The notes under the pieces were generated by a model. The model saw only the letters and a program-made list of their open reading frames with translations. It was not told the DNA's origin and did not search any database. A stretch of DNA of 64,000 nt, taken from assembly GCF_028368995.1 (NCBI RefSeq), contig NZ_JAQNDL010000002.1, forward strand, positions 801,724-865,723. Direction: 5' to 3'. Within the stretch, counting starts at the first letter, position 1. Each line of letters starts with the position of its first letter. The position numbers and the translations under genes were made by a program. Source of the DNA: Nannocystis bainbridge. Its GTDB lineage: Bacteria > Myxococcota_A > Polyangia > Nannocystales > Nannocystaceae. Positions 29,733 through 39,448 of this stretch are shown here, piece after piece.

Positions 29733-31826
29733 ATGACTACGACCAGGACGCTCGCCATCAAGGTGTTTTACGGCGATCAGCTCGTCGACACGCAGACGCT
29801 GACGCAAGACGTTATCAAAATTGGAAAACTGAAGAGTAGCCACCTCTGTCTCGATGACGAGGCTGTGGCCCGCATGCACGCCGTGATCGAGGTGTCCGGC
29901 GAAGAGGTGCGGGTGATCGATCTCGGGAGCGCGGCGGGCACCGTGCTCAACGGCCAGCGGATCGACAAGAACGCGGTGCTGCACGATGGCGACGCCTTGA
30001 ACTTCGGGCCCTACCGGCTCGAGGTCGGCTTCGTCCGGCAGCAGGCCGCGGTCGCGCCGGCCCCGTCGCAGGTGGCCGCGCCCGTGGCTGTGGCGGTCGC
30101 CGCGGCGCCGATGGCCGCGCCGATGGCGACGCGGGCGCCGATCCAGATCGACCTCAGCGAGGTCGAGAATCAGGGCGGCTCGCGCGTGGCCGAGGTCGTG
30201 GCGATGTACGGCACGACGGTGCTCGACGTGCAGCACGTCGGTCAGCTGCGCAACCGCAAGTCGCAGGCGCCGATCTTCCTCGCCATCGGCGGGGCGATGC
30301 TGGTCGCTGGCGCGGCGGTGTTCTTCAGCGACGTGAACGCGGACTGGCCCGGCTACGGCAAGAAGGTCCAGGATTCGATCGAGCAGGGCACGCCGCGCCC
30401 GACCCCGCCCGGAAACGGTCTGGCGGCGATCGGCATGCTGCTGGCGATCGCGGGCCTCGTGCCGTTCAGCATGGGCCTCATCCGCACCGGCGACTACGTC
30501 AACAAGAACTTCACGATCGGCGAGGGTCACGGCGCGTCGTTCCACGTGCCGCCGGCCGGCCTGCCCGAGCCCAACGGCTTCCCGCTGGTCCGCGGCAGCG
30601 ACCACGAGTTCGCGCTCAACTTCACCCAGAACATGAGCGGTGAGGTCACCTTCGACGGCCAGACGATCACGCTGCAGCAGCTGGTCGCCACCGGTCGCGC
30701 GGGCGCGCAGGGCTCGTCGTTCAGCTTCCCGCTGCCGCCCGGAGCGACGGCGCGGGTCAAGTACCAGGACGTCACCTTTTACGTGAACTCGGTCGCGCCG
30801 GGCGCGGTGATCAAGGGCGGCAGCGAGACCGACAAGCCGTTCTGGATCTACAACGGCGCCTCGTTCGTGGTCATCGGCAGCCTGCTGGTGCTCACGCACC
30901 TGATCCCCAACGAGGCCGGCAACCTCAGCCTCGACGAGATGATGGAAGAGAACCGCTTCGTCGGTTACCTCAACCAGCCCGACAAGCCGCCGGAGGAGGA
31001 GGAGCCGCCGCCGGAGGACATGGAGAACTCCGACGACGAGGCCGGCGGCACCGGTCAGCGTCACAAGGGCGAGGAGGGCAAGATGGGCAAGCCCACCTCG
31101 AAGAGCAAGTCGGGCCTCTACGCCATGAAGGGCCCCAAGGACGCCATCCCGCAGATGGCCCGTAACTTCGACCCCGACATGGCCGCGCGCCAGGCCGGCA
31201 TCCTCGGGGTCATGAGCGCCGAGAGCGGCCACTTCCTCGCCTCGCCGTACGGCGGCGCGTTCGCGGTCGGCAACGACGACGCGGACGTGTGGGGCGGCCT
31301 CACCGGCACCGAGGTCGGCGAAGCGTACGGCGTCGGCGGCCTCGGCCTGGTCGGCACCGGCCGCGGCGGCGGCGGCACCGGCGAGGGCACGATCGGCCTC
31401 GGCAACACGGGCCTCATCGGCAAGGGCGGCGGCGGCGGCACGGGCTCCGGCTACGGTCGTGGCGCAGGCGCCGGCTTCGGCGGCCGCGGCACCCGCGTGC
31501 CGACGGTCCGTCAGGCCAAGGCCGAGGTCCAGGGCGCGCTCGACAAGGACATCATTCGCCGCATCGTCCGCGCGCACATCAACGAGGTCCGCTACTGCTA
31601 CAACCAGGCCCTCGCGCGTGACCCCAACGCCAAGGGCCGCGTCGCCGTCCAGTTCACCATCGGCGGCACCGGCAAGGTGCCCACGGCGGTGGTCCAGGAG
31701 AGCACGTTGAAGGACCCGGCCGTCGGCTCCTGCATCGCCCAGGCGGTCAAGCGCTGGACCTTCCCCAAGCCCGAAGGCGGCGGTTCGGTCATCGTCTCGT
31801 ACCCGTTCGTGCTCGAGCCGGGTTGA
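29733..31826 (+). CDS. FHA-domain protein with a Gly-rich low-complexity region and a C-terminal AgmX/PglI-type (TonB-C-like) domain
   Basis: N-terminal FHA (IKIGKLKSSHLCLDDEAVARMHAVIEVSGEEVRVIDLGSAAGTVLNGQRI). One predicted TM. GGGGTG repeats. C-terminal VRYCYNQALARDPNAKGRVAVQFTIGGTGKV...SVIVSYPFVL is typical of the myxobacterial AgmX/PglI C-terminal domain. Confidence 0.8.
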   Translation: MTTTRTLAIKVFYGDQLVDTQTLTQDVIKIGKLKSSHLCLDDEAVARMHAVIEVSGEEVRVIDLGSAAGTVLNGQRIDKNAVLHDGDALNFGPYRLEVGFVRQQAAVAPAPSQVAAPVAVAVAAAPMAAPMATRAPIQIDLSEVENQGGSRVAEVVAMYGTTVLDVQHVGQLRNRKSQAPIFLAIGGAMLVAGAAVFFSDVNADWPGYGKKVQDSIEQGTPRPTPPGNGLAAIGMLLAIAGLVPFSMGLIRTGDYVNKNFTIGEGHGASFHVPPAGLPEPNGFPLVRGSDHEFALNFTQNMSGEVTFDGQTITLQQLVATGRAGAQGSSFSFPLPPGATARVKYQDVTFYVNSVAPGAVIKGGSETDKPFWIYNGASFVVIGSLLVLTHLIPNEAGNLSLDEMMEENRFVGYLNQPDKPPEEEEPPPEDMENSDDEAGGTGQRHKGEEGKMGKPTSKSKSGLYAMKGPKDAIPQMARNFDPDMAARQAGILGVMSAESGHFLASPYGGAFAVGNDDADVWGGLTGTEVGEAYGVGGLGLVGTGRGGGGTGEGTIGLGNTGLIGKGGGGGTGSGYGRGAGAGFGGRGTRVPTVRQAKAEVQGALDKDIIRRIVRAHINEVRYCYNQALARDPNAKGRVAVQFTIGGTGKVPTAVVQESTLKDPAVGSCIAQAVKRWTFPKPEGGGSVIVSYPFVLEPG

Positions 31827-31832
31827 TCGAAA

Positions 31833-32033
31833 GCTGTCCTGAAGGACAGCCTGTCTCGAAAGCCAGGAGGCCCGGCCACGCCGGGCCTTCGGCGTTTCAC
31901 GGCGCGAGCGGGCAGGGCGGCGAGCATCATCTGGCGCGAGAGACATGTCCATGAGGACAGCCCATCACCCCCGCGCCGCGCTCCGTCGCGGCGACGAATC
32001 CGCGCCCCTCGCGATATGTCCCGAGAGACAGCC
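31833..32033. repeat. Three TGTCC-N5-GGACA / GACATGTCC repeat units plus a GC-rich hairpin in the intergenic region after the FHA-AgmX gene
   Basis: gctgtcctgaaggacagcctgtctcg at 31833-31858, gagagacatgtccatgaggacagccc at 31938-31963 and gatatgtcccgagagacagcc at 32013-32033. The hairpin ggcccggc-cac-gccgggcc lies at 31869-31887. Confidence 0.8.
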
Positions 32034-32116
32034 TCACCGCGAACGCGGCTGCGCGCCCCCGGCCGGACCCGCGCGAGGAACTTCTGCGCCGCGCCGAACT
32101 GCGCTATCTGTCGCCC

Positions 32117-33499
32117 ATGCAGGCCCCTGACCCCTGGGGCGAGCGGTTGCCTCGCAAGCTCGGACTCGCCAGCACCGTCGCCGTGCTGGTCGGGTCGACG
32201 ATCGGCAGCGGGATCTTCCGGACCCCGGCGGAGATCGCCGGCCACATCGACGACATGGGCCTTTTCATGGCCGCGTGGGTCGCCGGGGGCGTGGTCGCGC
32301 TGGCCGGGGCGCTGACGGTCGCCGAGCTGGCCATCCTTTATCCCCGCAGCGGAGGCGTCTACGTCTACCTGCGCGAGGCCTTCGGCAAGCTGCCGGCCTT
32401 CCTGTTCGGCTGGGCCGAGCTGCTCATCCTGCGCCCGGCCGCGTACGGCGCGATCGCGGTGACCTCGGCCGAGTACCTGCTGCGCGTGTTCGGGGTGGCC
32501 GGCGCGGAGCCGCTGCTGGGGCCGCTGTCGCGCGCGCAGGTGGTGGCGGTGGCGATGATCGCCACGGTGGCCGCGATCAACCGCCGCGGGGTCGAGTTCG
32601 GGGCGGTGGTGCAGAACGTCAGCACCGCGCTGAAGGTCGCGGCGCTGCTCGGGCTGGTCGCGCTCGGGCTCCTGCTTTCGCCGGAGGCGTCCACGGCAGT
32701 GCCCGCGGTCGCGGCGCCGGCGGGCGAGGGGGCGTTCGTGCTGGCGATGGTCGCCATCCTCTGGGCCTACGACGGCTGGTGCGACGTCGGGTTCGTCAGC
32801 GGCGAGGTCCGCGATCCACAACGCGCGCTGCCGCGCGTGTTCATCCTCGGCACCGCCGCGGTGGTCGCGCTGTATCTGGCGGCCAACCTCGTGTACCTGC
32901 GGGTGATCCCGCTCGAGCAGATGGCCGGGGCCCCGCTCGTGGCCGCGGACGTCGCCGCGGCGCTAATCGGCCCGTTCGGCACCACTCTGGTCGCCGCCGC
33001 CGTCATGATCAGCACCTTCGGGACCCTCAACGGGTCGATGATGACGGGGCCGCGGGTGTTCTACGCGATGGCGGAGGACGGGCTGTTCTTCCGCCGCCTG
33101 GCCCAGGTCCACCCGCGCCACGGCACGCCCTCGGCCAGCATCGTGCTCGGCGCGGCGCTCGGGATCGTGTTCGTCTCGGTGCGCAGCTTCGCCGAGCTGG
33201 CCGGTCAGTTCGTGATCGGGATCTGGCCGTTTTATGCCCTCAGCGTGGCCGCCGTGTTCGTCCTGCGGCGGAAGCGCCCCGACCTGCCGCGGCCGTACCG
33301 GACATTCGGCTATCCGTGGGTGCCGCTGCTGTTCCTGGCCGCCTCGGTGTTCCTGCTCGGCAACTATGCGGTCTCGCAGCCGCGAGCGTTCATCCTCGAC
33401 TGTGCCGTCGTTTTGTCCGGAGTGCCCGTATTTTGGCTGTGGTCGCGTCGCGCGCCGGTCTCCGAGGCCAATGGCGGAGGAAGCGCCGGCACAGGGTGA
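32117..33499 (+). CDS. APC-superfamily amino-acid permease
   Basis: Twelve predicted TM helices. The N-terminal GSTIGSGIF motif is typical of amino-acid/polyamine/organocation transporters. Length is 460 aa. Confidence 0.85.
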   Translation: MQAPDPWGERLPRKLGLASTVAVLVGSTIGSGIFRTPAEIAGHIDDMGLFMAAWVAGGVVALAGALTVAELAILYPRSGGVYVYLREAFGKLPAFLFGWAELLILRPAAYGAIAVTSAEYLLRVFGVAGAEPLLGPLSRAQVVAVAMIATVAAINRRGVEFGAVVQNVSTALKVAALLGLVALGLLLSPEASTAVPAVAAPAGEGAFVLAMVAILWAYDGWCDVGFVSGEVRDPQRALPRVFILGTAAVVALYLAANLVYLRVIPLEQMAGAPLVAADVAAALIGPFGTTLVAAAVMISTFGTLNGSMMTGPRVFYAMAEDGLFFRRLAQVHPRHGTPSASIVLGAALGIVFVSVRSFAELAGQFVIGIWPFYALSVAAVFVLRRKRPDLPRPYRTFGYPWVPLLFLAASVFLLGNYAVSQPRAFILDCAVVLSGVPVFWLWSRRAPVSEANGGGSAGTG

Positions 33500-33927
33500 C
33501 AGAGATCTCCTCTGCGCTCAGACCTGTGAGCGCGGTGGATTGATCCGGCATTGCCGTGTCGCTCGGTCCTATCAATCGTCGAAGTTTATGTAATTTGATC
33601 TACATTTTTCTTGTCGGCGCCACGAACGCCGATTGTGACGATCGCCGCAGTTGGCCGCAAAGCCGGTCCACACGGCGGAAAATTTGGAATCGGGCTTTCA
33701 TCGTCGTCGGCGTGAAGTGCGGCCGTGCGGCACCTCCGTGCTCGCCGTCTCGTCGCAGAAACCCGTGATCGCGGGGTGCGTGATTGGTTGCGCTGCGCAA
33801 GGCGCGACGATTATGGTGATGCGGTCTCAGGTGAGCTGACCTGAGGCTGCCTCTCCGGCAATGTCCTTTTCACCATGGTCGTTCGGCCAGGTTCTTTCGA
33901 GCCTGTCCGATGGCCCCAGGGGGTCTC

Positions 33928-36093
33928 ATGTCCGCGCGTCGCATCATCGTCTCTGCTGTCTCCACCTGTCTGCTGTCTGCCTGCCAAGAGGCGGGAATCG
34001 CCGCCGAAGCCGAGCTTCGCACCGTCACCGCCGAAGACCTGACAGGGCTCGGCCCCGGCGAGGTGCTCGAGCTCGACCTGTCTGAAGGGACAGTTCGTTT
34101 CGCGATGACCGACGGCCCGATCGACTTCACCCGCGTGGCGGTGCGCAGCGGCGACGAGCGCCCGGCGCTGGTGCAGGACCTGCTGGTGCGCCACGGCGAG
34201 CGCTGGGGCGTGCGCACGGCCGGGGCGGAATTTGACTTCGCGTTCGAGCTCGACGGCGACATGGTCAAGGCCGCGACGTCGGCGGGGCAGGTGGCGACGT
34301 TCGTGTGGTCGCAGAGCCAGGCGATCGGGGCCCTGCCGCGGGTCGACCGGGTCGAGGCCGACGAGGCCGGCGTGCCGCGGTTCCTCGCTGGCGACCTCGG
34401 GCGGCTGGCCGGCAACGGCGACGTGCGAGAGTCCGCCCGCGGCTGGCTGGCCGGCATGGCGCCCGTGTTCCGCCTCACCGACGCGGCCGATCTCGAGGCG
34501 GTCCGGCACCACACCGACGCGCTCGGAGTGGTCCATGTCCGCTTCCAGCAGTTCCTCTACGACCTGCCGGTGGTCGGCGGCGAGCTGACCGTGCACGCCG
34601 ATGCGGCCAGCGGTCAGGTCCACGCGGTCACCGGTCGCTTCGTGCCCGGCGAGGCGCTGCCGATCGATCCGGCGCTCGAGCCCGAGGCGACCATCGCCGC
34701 CGTCGCCGATACGCTGAGCGACGCGTGGGTCAGCCTCGAGGCGCCCGAGCTCGTCTACGTGGTGACCGAGACCGGGCCGCGCCTGGCCTGGCAAGGGGTC
34801 ATCGCGTACGAGGACGAGGAGGGGCCGCAGCGCGACCTCGTGTTCGCCGACGCGGCCTCCGGCGAGCTGGTGGCCCGCCACCCGCAGATCCACCACGCCC
34901 GCAACCGCAAGGTCTACGACGCCAAGTCGGGGACCAAGCTGCCGGGCGCGCTCGCCGTCAGCGAGGGCGGCACCACCAACGATCCGGTGGCCAAGGCCGC
35001 GTACGACTTCTCGGGCATCACCTACGACTTCTTCGCCGCCAAGTTCGGCCGCGACAGCTTCAACGGCAGCGGCGCGACCATCCACTCGACGGTCCACTAC
35101 TCGAAGAACTACGTCAACGCGTTCTGGAACGGCCAGCAGATGGTCTACGGCGACGGCGACGGCTACTACGCCAGCCCGTTCGCGCAGGACATGGACGTGG
35201 TCGTGCACGAGCTGACCCACGCGGTCACGCAGTACGAGGCCAGCCTCGTCTATCAGAACCAGTCGGGCGCGCTCAACGAGGCGATGTCGGACATCATGGC
35301 CGCGGCCGCCGACGCCCACCAGAACGGCGTGACCGCGAAGACTTGGCTGCTCGCCGAGACCTGTTGGACCCCGGGTGTGGCCAATGACGCGATGCGCTAC
35401 ATGGCCAATCCGACCAAGGACGGGCAGTCCTATGATTATTACCCGGAGCGCTACACCGGCAAGGCGGACAACGGGGGCGTCCACATCAACTCGGGCATCG
35501 CCAACCTGGCGTTCTACCTGCTGTCGCAGGGGGGCAAGCACCCGCGCAACAAGACGAGCACGCAGGTGCCGGCGCTCGGCATCGACAAGGCGGGGCAGAT
35601 CTTCTACCGCGCGCTGACGAACTACCTCAACAGCAACGCGACGTTCCAGGACGCCCGTAACGCGACGGCTCAGGCCGCCACCGAGCTCTACGGGGCCGAC
35701 GAGGTGGCAGCGGTGCACGCGGCGTGGACGGCGGTCGGCGTGCCGGGTGCCCCCAATGGCGGCGGTGGTGGCGGCGGCGGTCAGGACTGTTCGGGCACGC
35801 CCTTCGCGGGCAACCTGAGCGGCACCGGCGAGGAGCAGTTCCAGCCGAACGGCTCGTATTACTCCACGACCAAGACCGGGGCGCACACCGGTTGCCTGGC
35901 CGGCGCGGACGCGGCCAACTTCGACCTCTACCTCTACAAGTGGAACGGCTCGGCCTGGGCCAAGGTCGCCAAGTCGGAGGGCCCGACCAGCGAGGAGTCG
36001 ATCAAGTACAACGGGGCCGCCGGCTACTACACGTGGCAGGTGGTGTCGGTCAGCGGCGCGGGCGATTACAGCTTGACGCTCAAGGCCCCGTGA
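33928..36093 (+). CDS. Secreted M4 (thermolysin-family) zinc metalloprotease with an N-terminal propeptide and a C-terminal pre-peptidase (PPC)-like domain
   Basis: Signal peptide MSARRIIVSAVSTCLLSAC. HELTHAV (HExxH) with the downstream Glu ligand in EAMSDI. The GVHINSGI and ANLAFY thermolysin motifs are present. A poly-Gly linker precedes a C-terminal beta-rich domain. Confidence 0.9.
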   Translation: MSARRIIVSAVSTCLLSACQEAGIAAEAELRTVTAEDLTGLGPGEVLELDLSEGTVRFAMTDGPIDFTRVAVRSGDERPALVQDLLVRHGERWGVRTAGAEFDFAFELDGDMVKAATSAGQVATFVWSQSQAIGALPRVDRVEADEAGVPRFLAGDLGRLAGNGDVRESARGWLAGMAPVFRLTDAADLEAVRHHTDALGVVHVRFQQFLYDLPVVGGELTVHADAASGQVHAVTGRFVPGEALPIDPALEPEATIAAVADTLSDAWVSLEAPELVYVVTETGPRLAWQGVIAYEDEEGPQRDLVFADAASGELVARHPQIHHARNRKVYDAKSGTKLPGALAVSEGGTTNDPVAKAAYDFSGITYDFFAAKFGRDSFNGSGATIHSTVHYSKNYVNAFWNGQQMVYGDGDGYYASPFAQDMDVVVHELTHAVTQYEASLVYQNQSGALNEAMSDIMAAAADAHQNGVTAKTWLLAETCWTPGVANDAMRYMANPTKDGQSYDYYPERYTGKADNGGVHINSGIANLAFYLLSQGGKHPRNKTSTQVPALGIDKAGQIFYRALTNYLNSNATFQDARNATAQAATELYGADEVAAVHAAWTAVGVPGAPNGGGGGGGGQDCSGTPFAGNLSGTGEEQFQPNGSYYSTTKTGAHTGCLAGADAANFDLYLYKWNGSAWAKVAKSEGPTSEESIKYNGAAGYYTWQVVSVSGAGDYSLTLKAP

Positions 36094-36194
36094 GCGGGCT
36101 CGCCCGGCGGTCTGCGCGGTGCAGACCGCTGCGGCGACGAGCTGGAGGCGAGGGCGCGGCGCTCGATGTAGGCACAAAAACAGCGAGAACCAAA

Positions 36195-36227
36195 AGAGCG
36201 GGCACGGTCCTCATCCGTGCCCGCTCA
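36195..36227 (+). terminator. GC-rich perfect hairpin immediately downstream of the M4 protease gene (putative intrinsic terminator without a U-tract)
   Basis: agagcgggcacgg-tcctcat-ccgtgcccgctc has a 12 bp perfect stem. It lies about 100 nt after the stop at 36093. Confidence 0.5.
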
Positions 36228-36891
36228 CGCCTCAACAACACACACCTCGAATTCGATCGGGCCTCCTCTCACCACGGTGACTTCGACCCGTGAAGGCCGA
36301 AGGCTGCCGGCTTATCAAGACCGAGATGCTCGGGCTTGAATCGCGGCCGGAAGCCGTGCACCGGGGTGCAGAGAGGAGGACCGACCGACGCTTTCATTCT
36401 TGTCCGTGTCACCGGTGCTTGTCAAACTCAAAAAGCGAGCACAGCAGTCGCCACATTATCGCCCGGAGCATTTTCGGGTCCGGGAGCATTTTCGGGTCTG
36501 CACATGGACGACCACGATTTCGCCCGAGGTGCTCCAGTACGGCGATTTCGACCGCGTGCGCGTGAACTACGGTGAATCGCTCGGAGGCGGACCGGAGGTG
36601 ACTCGCGTGGGAGACTTTCGGACATGTCTGTAAGGTCATGTCGCGCGCGCCCACTGTCACTTGCCGCGCCGCGCCCGTCGCGGGCCGAGCGGCGCGCGGG
36701 TGCCCGGGCCGAGGCGGGCCGCGATCGCGCCGATCGCACGCGGTGCTGAACGGTCCACGCCGACGGGATCGCCGCGACGTCGGAGCGGCCGCGCGTCGAT
36801 CGGTCCCCGGGGACAGGCGCGGCCGGCGGGACCGCGGCCCGGTTTCTCGGCGCACCTCGGCGGCTGTGCTAGTTTCGGAGCAGAGGAGACC

Positions 36892-39438
36892 ATGGCGCAG
36901 GTGAGCCACCGGAAGCGGATGTCCGCCCTGACGCTGTGCACGGCGACCGTAGCGCTGTTCGCCTGTCGCCCCGCGGCCCTCACCCCCGAAGCCGAGCGCG
37001 TGCATCGAGGGGTCAACCAGATCCCGCTCAGCGCTCGCCCGCCGATCGCCGCCACGTCGTCGACAGCGCCCGTGGAGGCTGCACCCCGGCGCGCACCGGC
37101 GGAGCTGTCGGCCGCGGCGCTGCTGGCCCGCGGCGAGCCGGAGGCGGCGCTGGCCCGCCTGGCGCAGGAGTCGGCGCCGGCAGGTTCGCCGCAGGCGGCC
37201 GCGCAGCAGCTGACGAGGGCCCGCGCCGCGCGCGAGCTCGGGCGCCCGCGAGAGGCCGTGCAGGCGCTGGCCGGGCTGGCGGCGGAGCGACGACCGGCGA
37301 AGTCGTGGCCGCACGAGGCGGTGCTTCACGAGTACGCGCAGGCGCTGGTCGAGGCGGCGGCGACGACCGCGGGCGCGGAGGCTGACAGGCTGCGCAAGCA
37401 GGCGGTGGCGGCGTGGGACCGGGCGATCGACCACGAGCCGGTGCGCAACGCGGCGCCGATGCGGGTGGCGCGAGCGCGGGCGATGGCGGCGATCGAGGGC
37501 CAGGCGGCGGCTCGCCGCGCGGTCAAGGCGCTGACCGAGGTGCTGCGCGATTACCCCGGCCACCCCGACGCACCGGGGCTCGAGCTGTTGCGCGCGCAGA
37601 CCCTCGCGCGCGAGGGCAAGACCGCCGACGCGGTCCGGGCGCTGCGCGCGGTGGCCATCGACCGCGCGGGCACCGAGGCGGCGCCCGGCGCCGAGGCGGA
37701 GCTGGCCAGGCTCGGGCGGCCGGTCCACTACAGCGCGGCCGAGCAGCTGGGGCGCGCGGCCGCGGCCCGGCGCGCGCGCGACATGACGCTGTCGCGCCAG
37801 GTGCTGACGGACCTGGTCGAAGATTCCAAAACTCCGGGACATGTCCGAGAGGTCGCGTTGCGCTCGCGCGCCGCGACCGCCTCGCGGGCCCACGACTACG
37901 GCGCGTGCGCGGATGACCTTTCGGTCCTGTACAAAAGGTCAGCTTCGACGGAGCTCCGCGGCGACCTGCTGCGCTGCCTCGACAAGGCCGGCCGCTACGA
38001 CGAGGCGCTGACGATCTGGACCGAGCTGGCCGGTCGCAAGGGCGGGGCCGGGCGGGCGGCGCTGTGGGAGGCGATCCGGCAGGCGGTCCGCGGCGGCCGC
38101 TACGAGCGGGCGCGCGACCTGCTGGGGCGCACGCCGGCGAAGGAGCGCCAGCGCGGCGAGGGGCTGTGGCTCGACGCGTGGCTCGATTTCCGGCTGGGCC
38201 AGTTCGACGCGGCGGCGACCACGTTCGCCAGCGCGGAGCGGCGACTCCCGGCCGATCAGGCGCGCGCGGCCCGGTACTTCCGCGCCCGCGCGCTGCTGGC
38301 CGCCGGCGCGGCCGCGAAGACGACGACCGACGGCGCGGACGAAGCGGTCGGCGATCGCGGCGAGGGCGAGCGGCTGTTGCGGCAGATCGTCGGCGAAGAT
38401 CCGCTCGGTTACTACGGGCTGCAGGCGCGCCAGCGACTGCTCGACATCGGCGCCGATCCGGGCCCGCCGCCGGCGTTGTCGCCGGTGCCGGCGGAGGCGA
38501 ACGAGGCGCCCGACTTCGCGGCGTCACAGACGACGTTCGCGGCGCTGGCGGACGAGTTCGGCTGGGCGTTCCCGGCCCTGGCCCGCGGCGCGGCGCTGCA
38601 CGCCGCCGGGCTGCTCGAGGAGTCGCGCCGCGAGCTGCGGGTGGCGGTCGACGCTTTCGAGGCGCTCTACGGGCTCGATCGCGGCGGCTGGATCCCGCGC
38701 CACGAAGACCTGGTGGTGGGGCTCAGCTGGAAATCGACGTGGAAGCAGCCGCGCCTCGGCCTGCCGAAGGACGCGCGCAAGCTGGTGCGTGAGCGCGGGG
38801 CGGGCGAGACGCTGCGCGAGGGGCTGTTCGCGCTGACGTGGGCGCTCGACGAGCCGTACCGCCGCAGCCGCTTGATGCCGAGCTCGGCCGGCTCGTACAA
38901 GGCGCGCTGGCACCCGCGGGCGTTCCGCACCACGGTCGAGCGCGAGGCCTCGGCCCGCGACTTCGACCCGACGCACCTGTGGGCGCTGATGTACACCGAG
39001 TCGCGGTTCCGCCGGCACGTGGTGTCGTCGTCGGGCGCGCGCGGGGCGATCCAGATCATGCCGTGGACCGGCCAGCAGCTGGCGGCGCGCCTCGGCGAGT
39101 CGTTCGACGTCGACGCGCTGTTCGAAGAGGAGCACAACGTGCGCCTGTCGGCCTATTACTTCGCCGAGCTGCTGCACAAGTTCCACGGCCAGGCCGCGCT
39201 GGCTTACGCGAGCTACAACGGCGGGCCGTTCAACGTCGCCCGCTGGCTGGCGGCCAAGGGCGCGTCGGCGCCGCTCGAGCTCGATGTGTTCATCGCCGAG
39301 ATCCCGTTCCGCGAGACGGCCAATTACACCCGCCGCGTGCTCGAGGTGCAGGCCGCGTACGCGCTGATGTACGGCGGTTCGCTGCCGCGCTGGCAGAACA
39401 CGGTCGACCTGCGCGTCGAGGACAACATCGATTTCTGA
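36892..39438 (+). CDS. Soluble lytic murein transglycosylase (Slt70-like): superhelical N-terminal domain plus a C-terminal SLT catalytic domain
   Basis: Signal peptide MSALTLCTATVALFAC. A long Ala/Leu/Arg-rich helical-repeat region. SLT motifs are MYTESRF (catalytic Glu-Ser), GAIQIMP and YASYNGG. Confidence 0.85.
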   Translation: MAQVSHRKRMSALTLCTATVALFACRPAALTPEAERVHRGVNQIPLSARPPIAATSSTAPVEAAPRRAPAELSAAALLARGEPEAALARLAQESAPAGSPQAAAQQLTRARAARELGRPREAVQALAGLAAERRPAKSWPHEAVLHEYAQALVEAAATTAGAEADRLRKQAVAAWDRAIDHEPVRNAAPMRVARARAMAAIEGQAAARRAVKALTEVLRDYPGHPDAPGLELLRAQTLAREGKTADAVRALRAVAIDRAGTEAAPGAEAELARLGRPVHYSAAEQLGRAAAARRARDMTLSRQVLTDLVEDSKTPGHVREVALRSRAATASRAHDYGACADDLSVLYKRSASTELRGDLLRCLDKAGRYDEALTIWTELAGRKGGAGRAALWEAIRQAVRGGRYERARDLLGRTPAKERQRGEGLWLDAWLDFRLGQFDAAATTFASAERRLPADQARAARYFRARALLAAGAAAKTTTDGADEAVGDRGEGERLLRQIVGEDPLGYYGLQARQRLLDIGADPGPPPALSPVPAEANEAPDFAASQTTFAALADEFGWAFPALARGAALHAAGLLEESRRELRVAVDAFEALYGLDRGGWIPRHEDLVVGLSWKSTWKQPRLGLPKDARKLVRERGAGETLREGLFALTWALDEPYRRSRLMPSSAGSYKARWHPRAFRTTVEREASARDFDPTHLWALMYTESRFRRHVVSSSGARGAIQIMPWTGQQLAARLGESFDVDALFEEEHNVRLSAYYFAELLHKFHGQAALAYASYNGGPFNVARWLAAKGASAPLELDVFIAEIPFRETANYTRRVLEVQAAYALMYGGSLPRWQNTVDLRVEDNIDF

Positions 39439-39448
39439 TCGCGCGGCG

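Noticed and set aside
29487-31952. 821-aa minus-strand ORF opposite the FHA/AgmX gene, and 33811..36177 opposite the M4 protease
   Set aside because: Antisense shadows of genes with clear FHA, AgmX-C and thermolysin HExxH motifs.
36462-36495. 16-bp tandem duplication ggagcattttcgggtc in the slt upstream region
   Set aside because: A single duplication in an intergenic region with no flanking structure. Probably a trivial slippage event, though it lies in the putative slt promoter.
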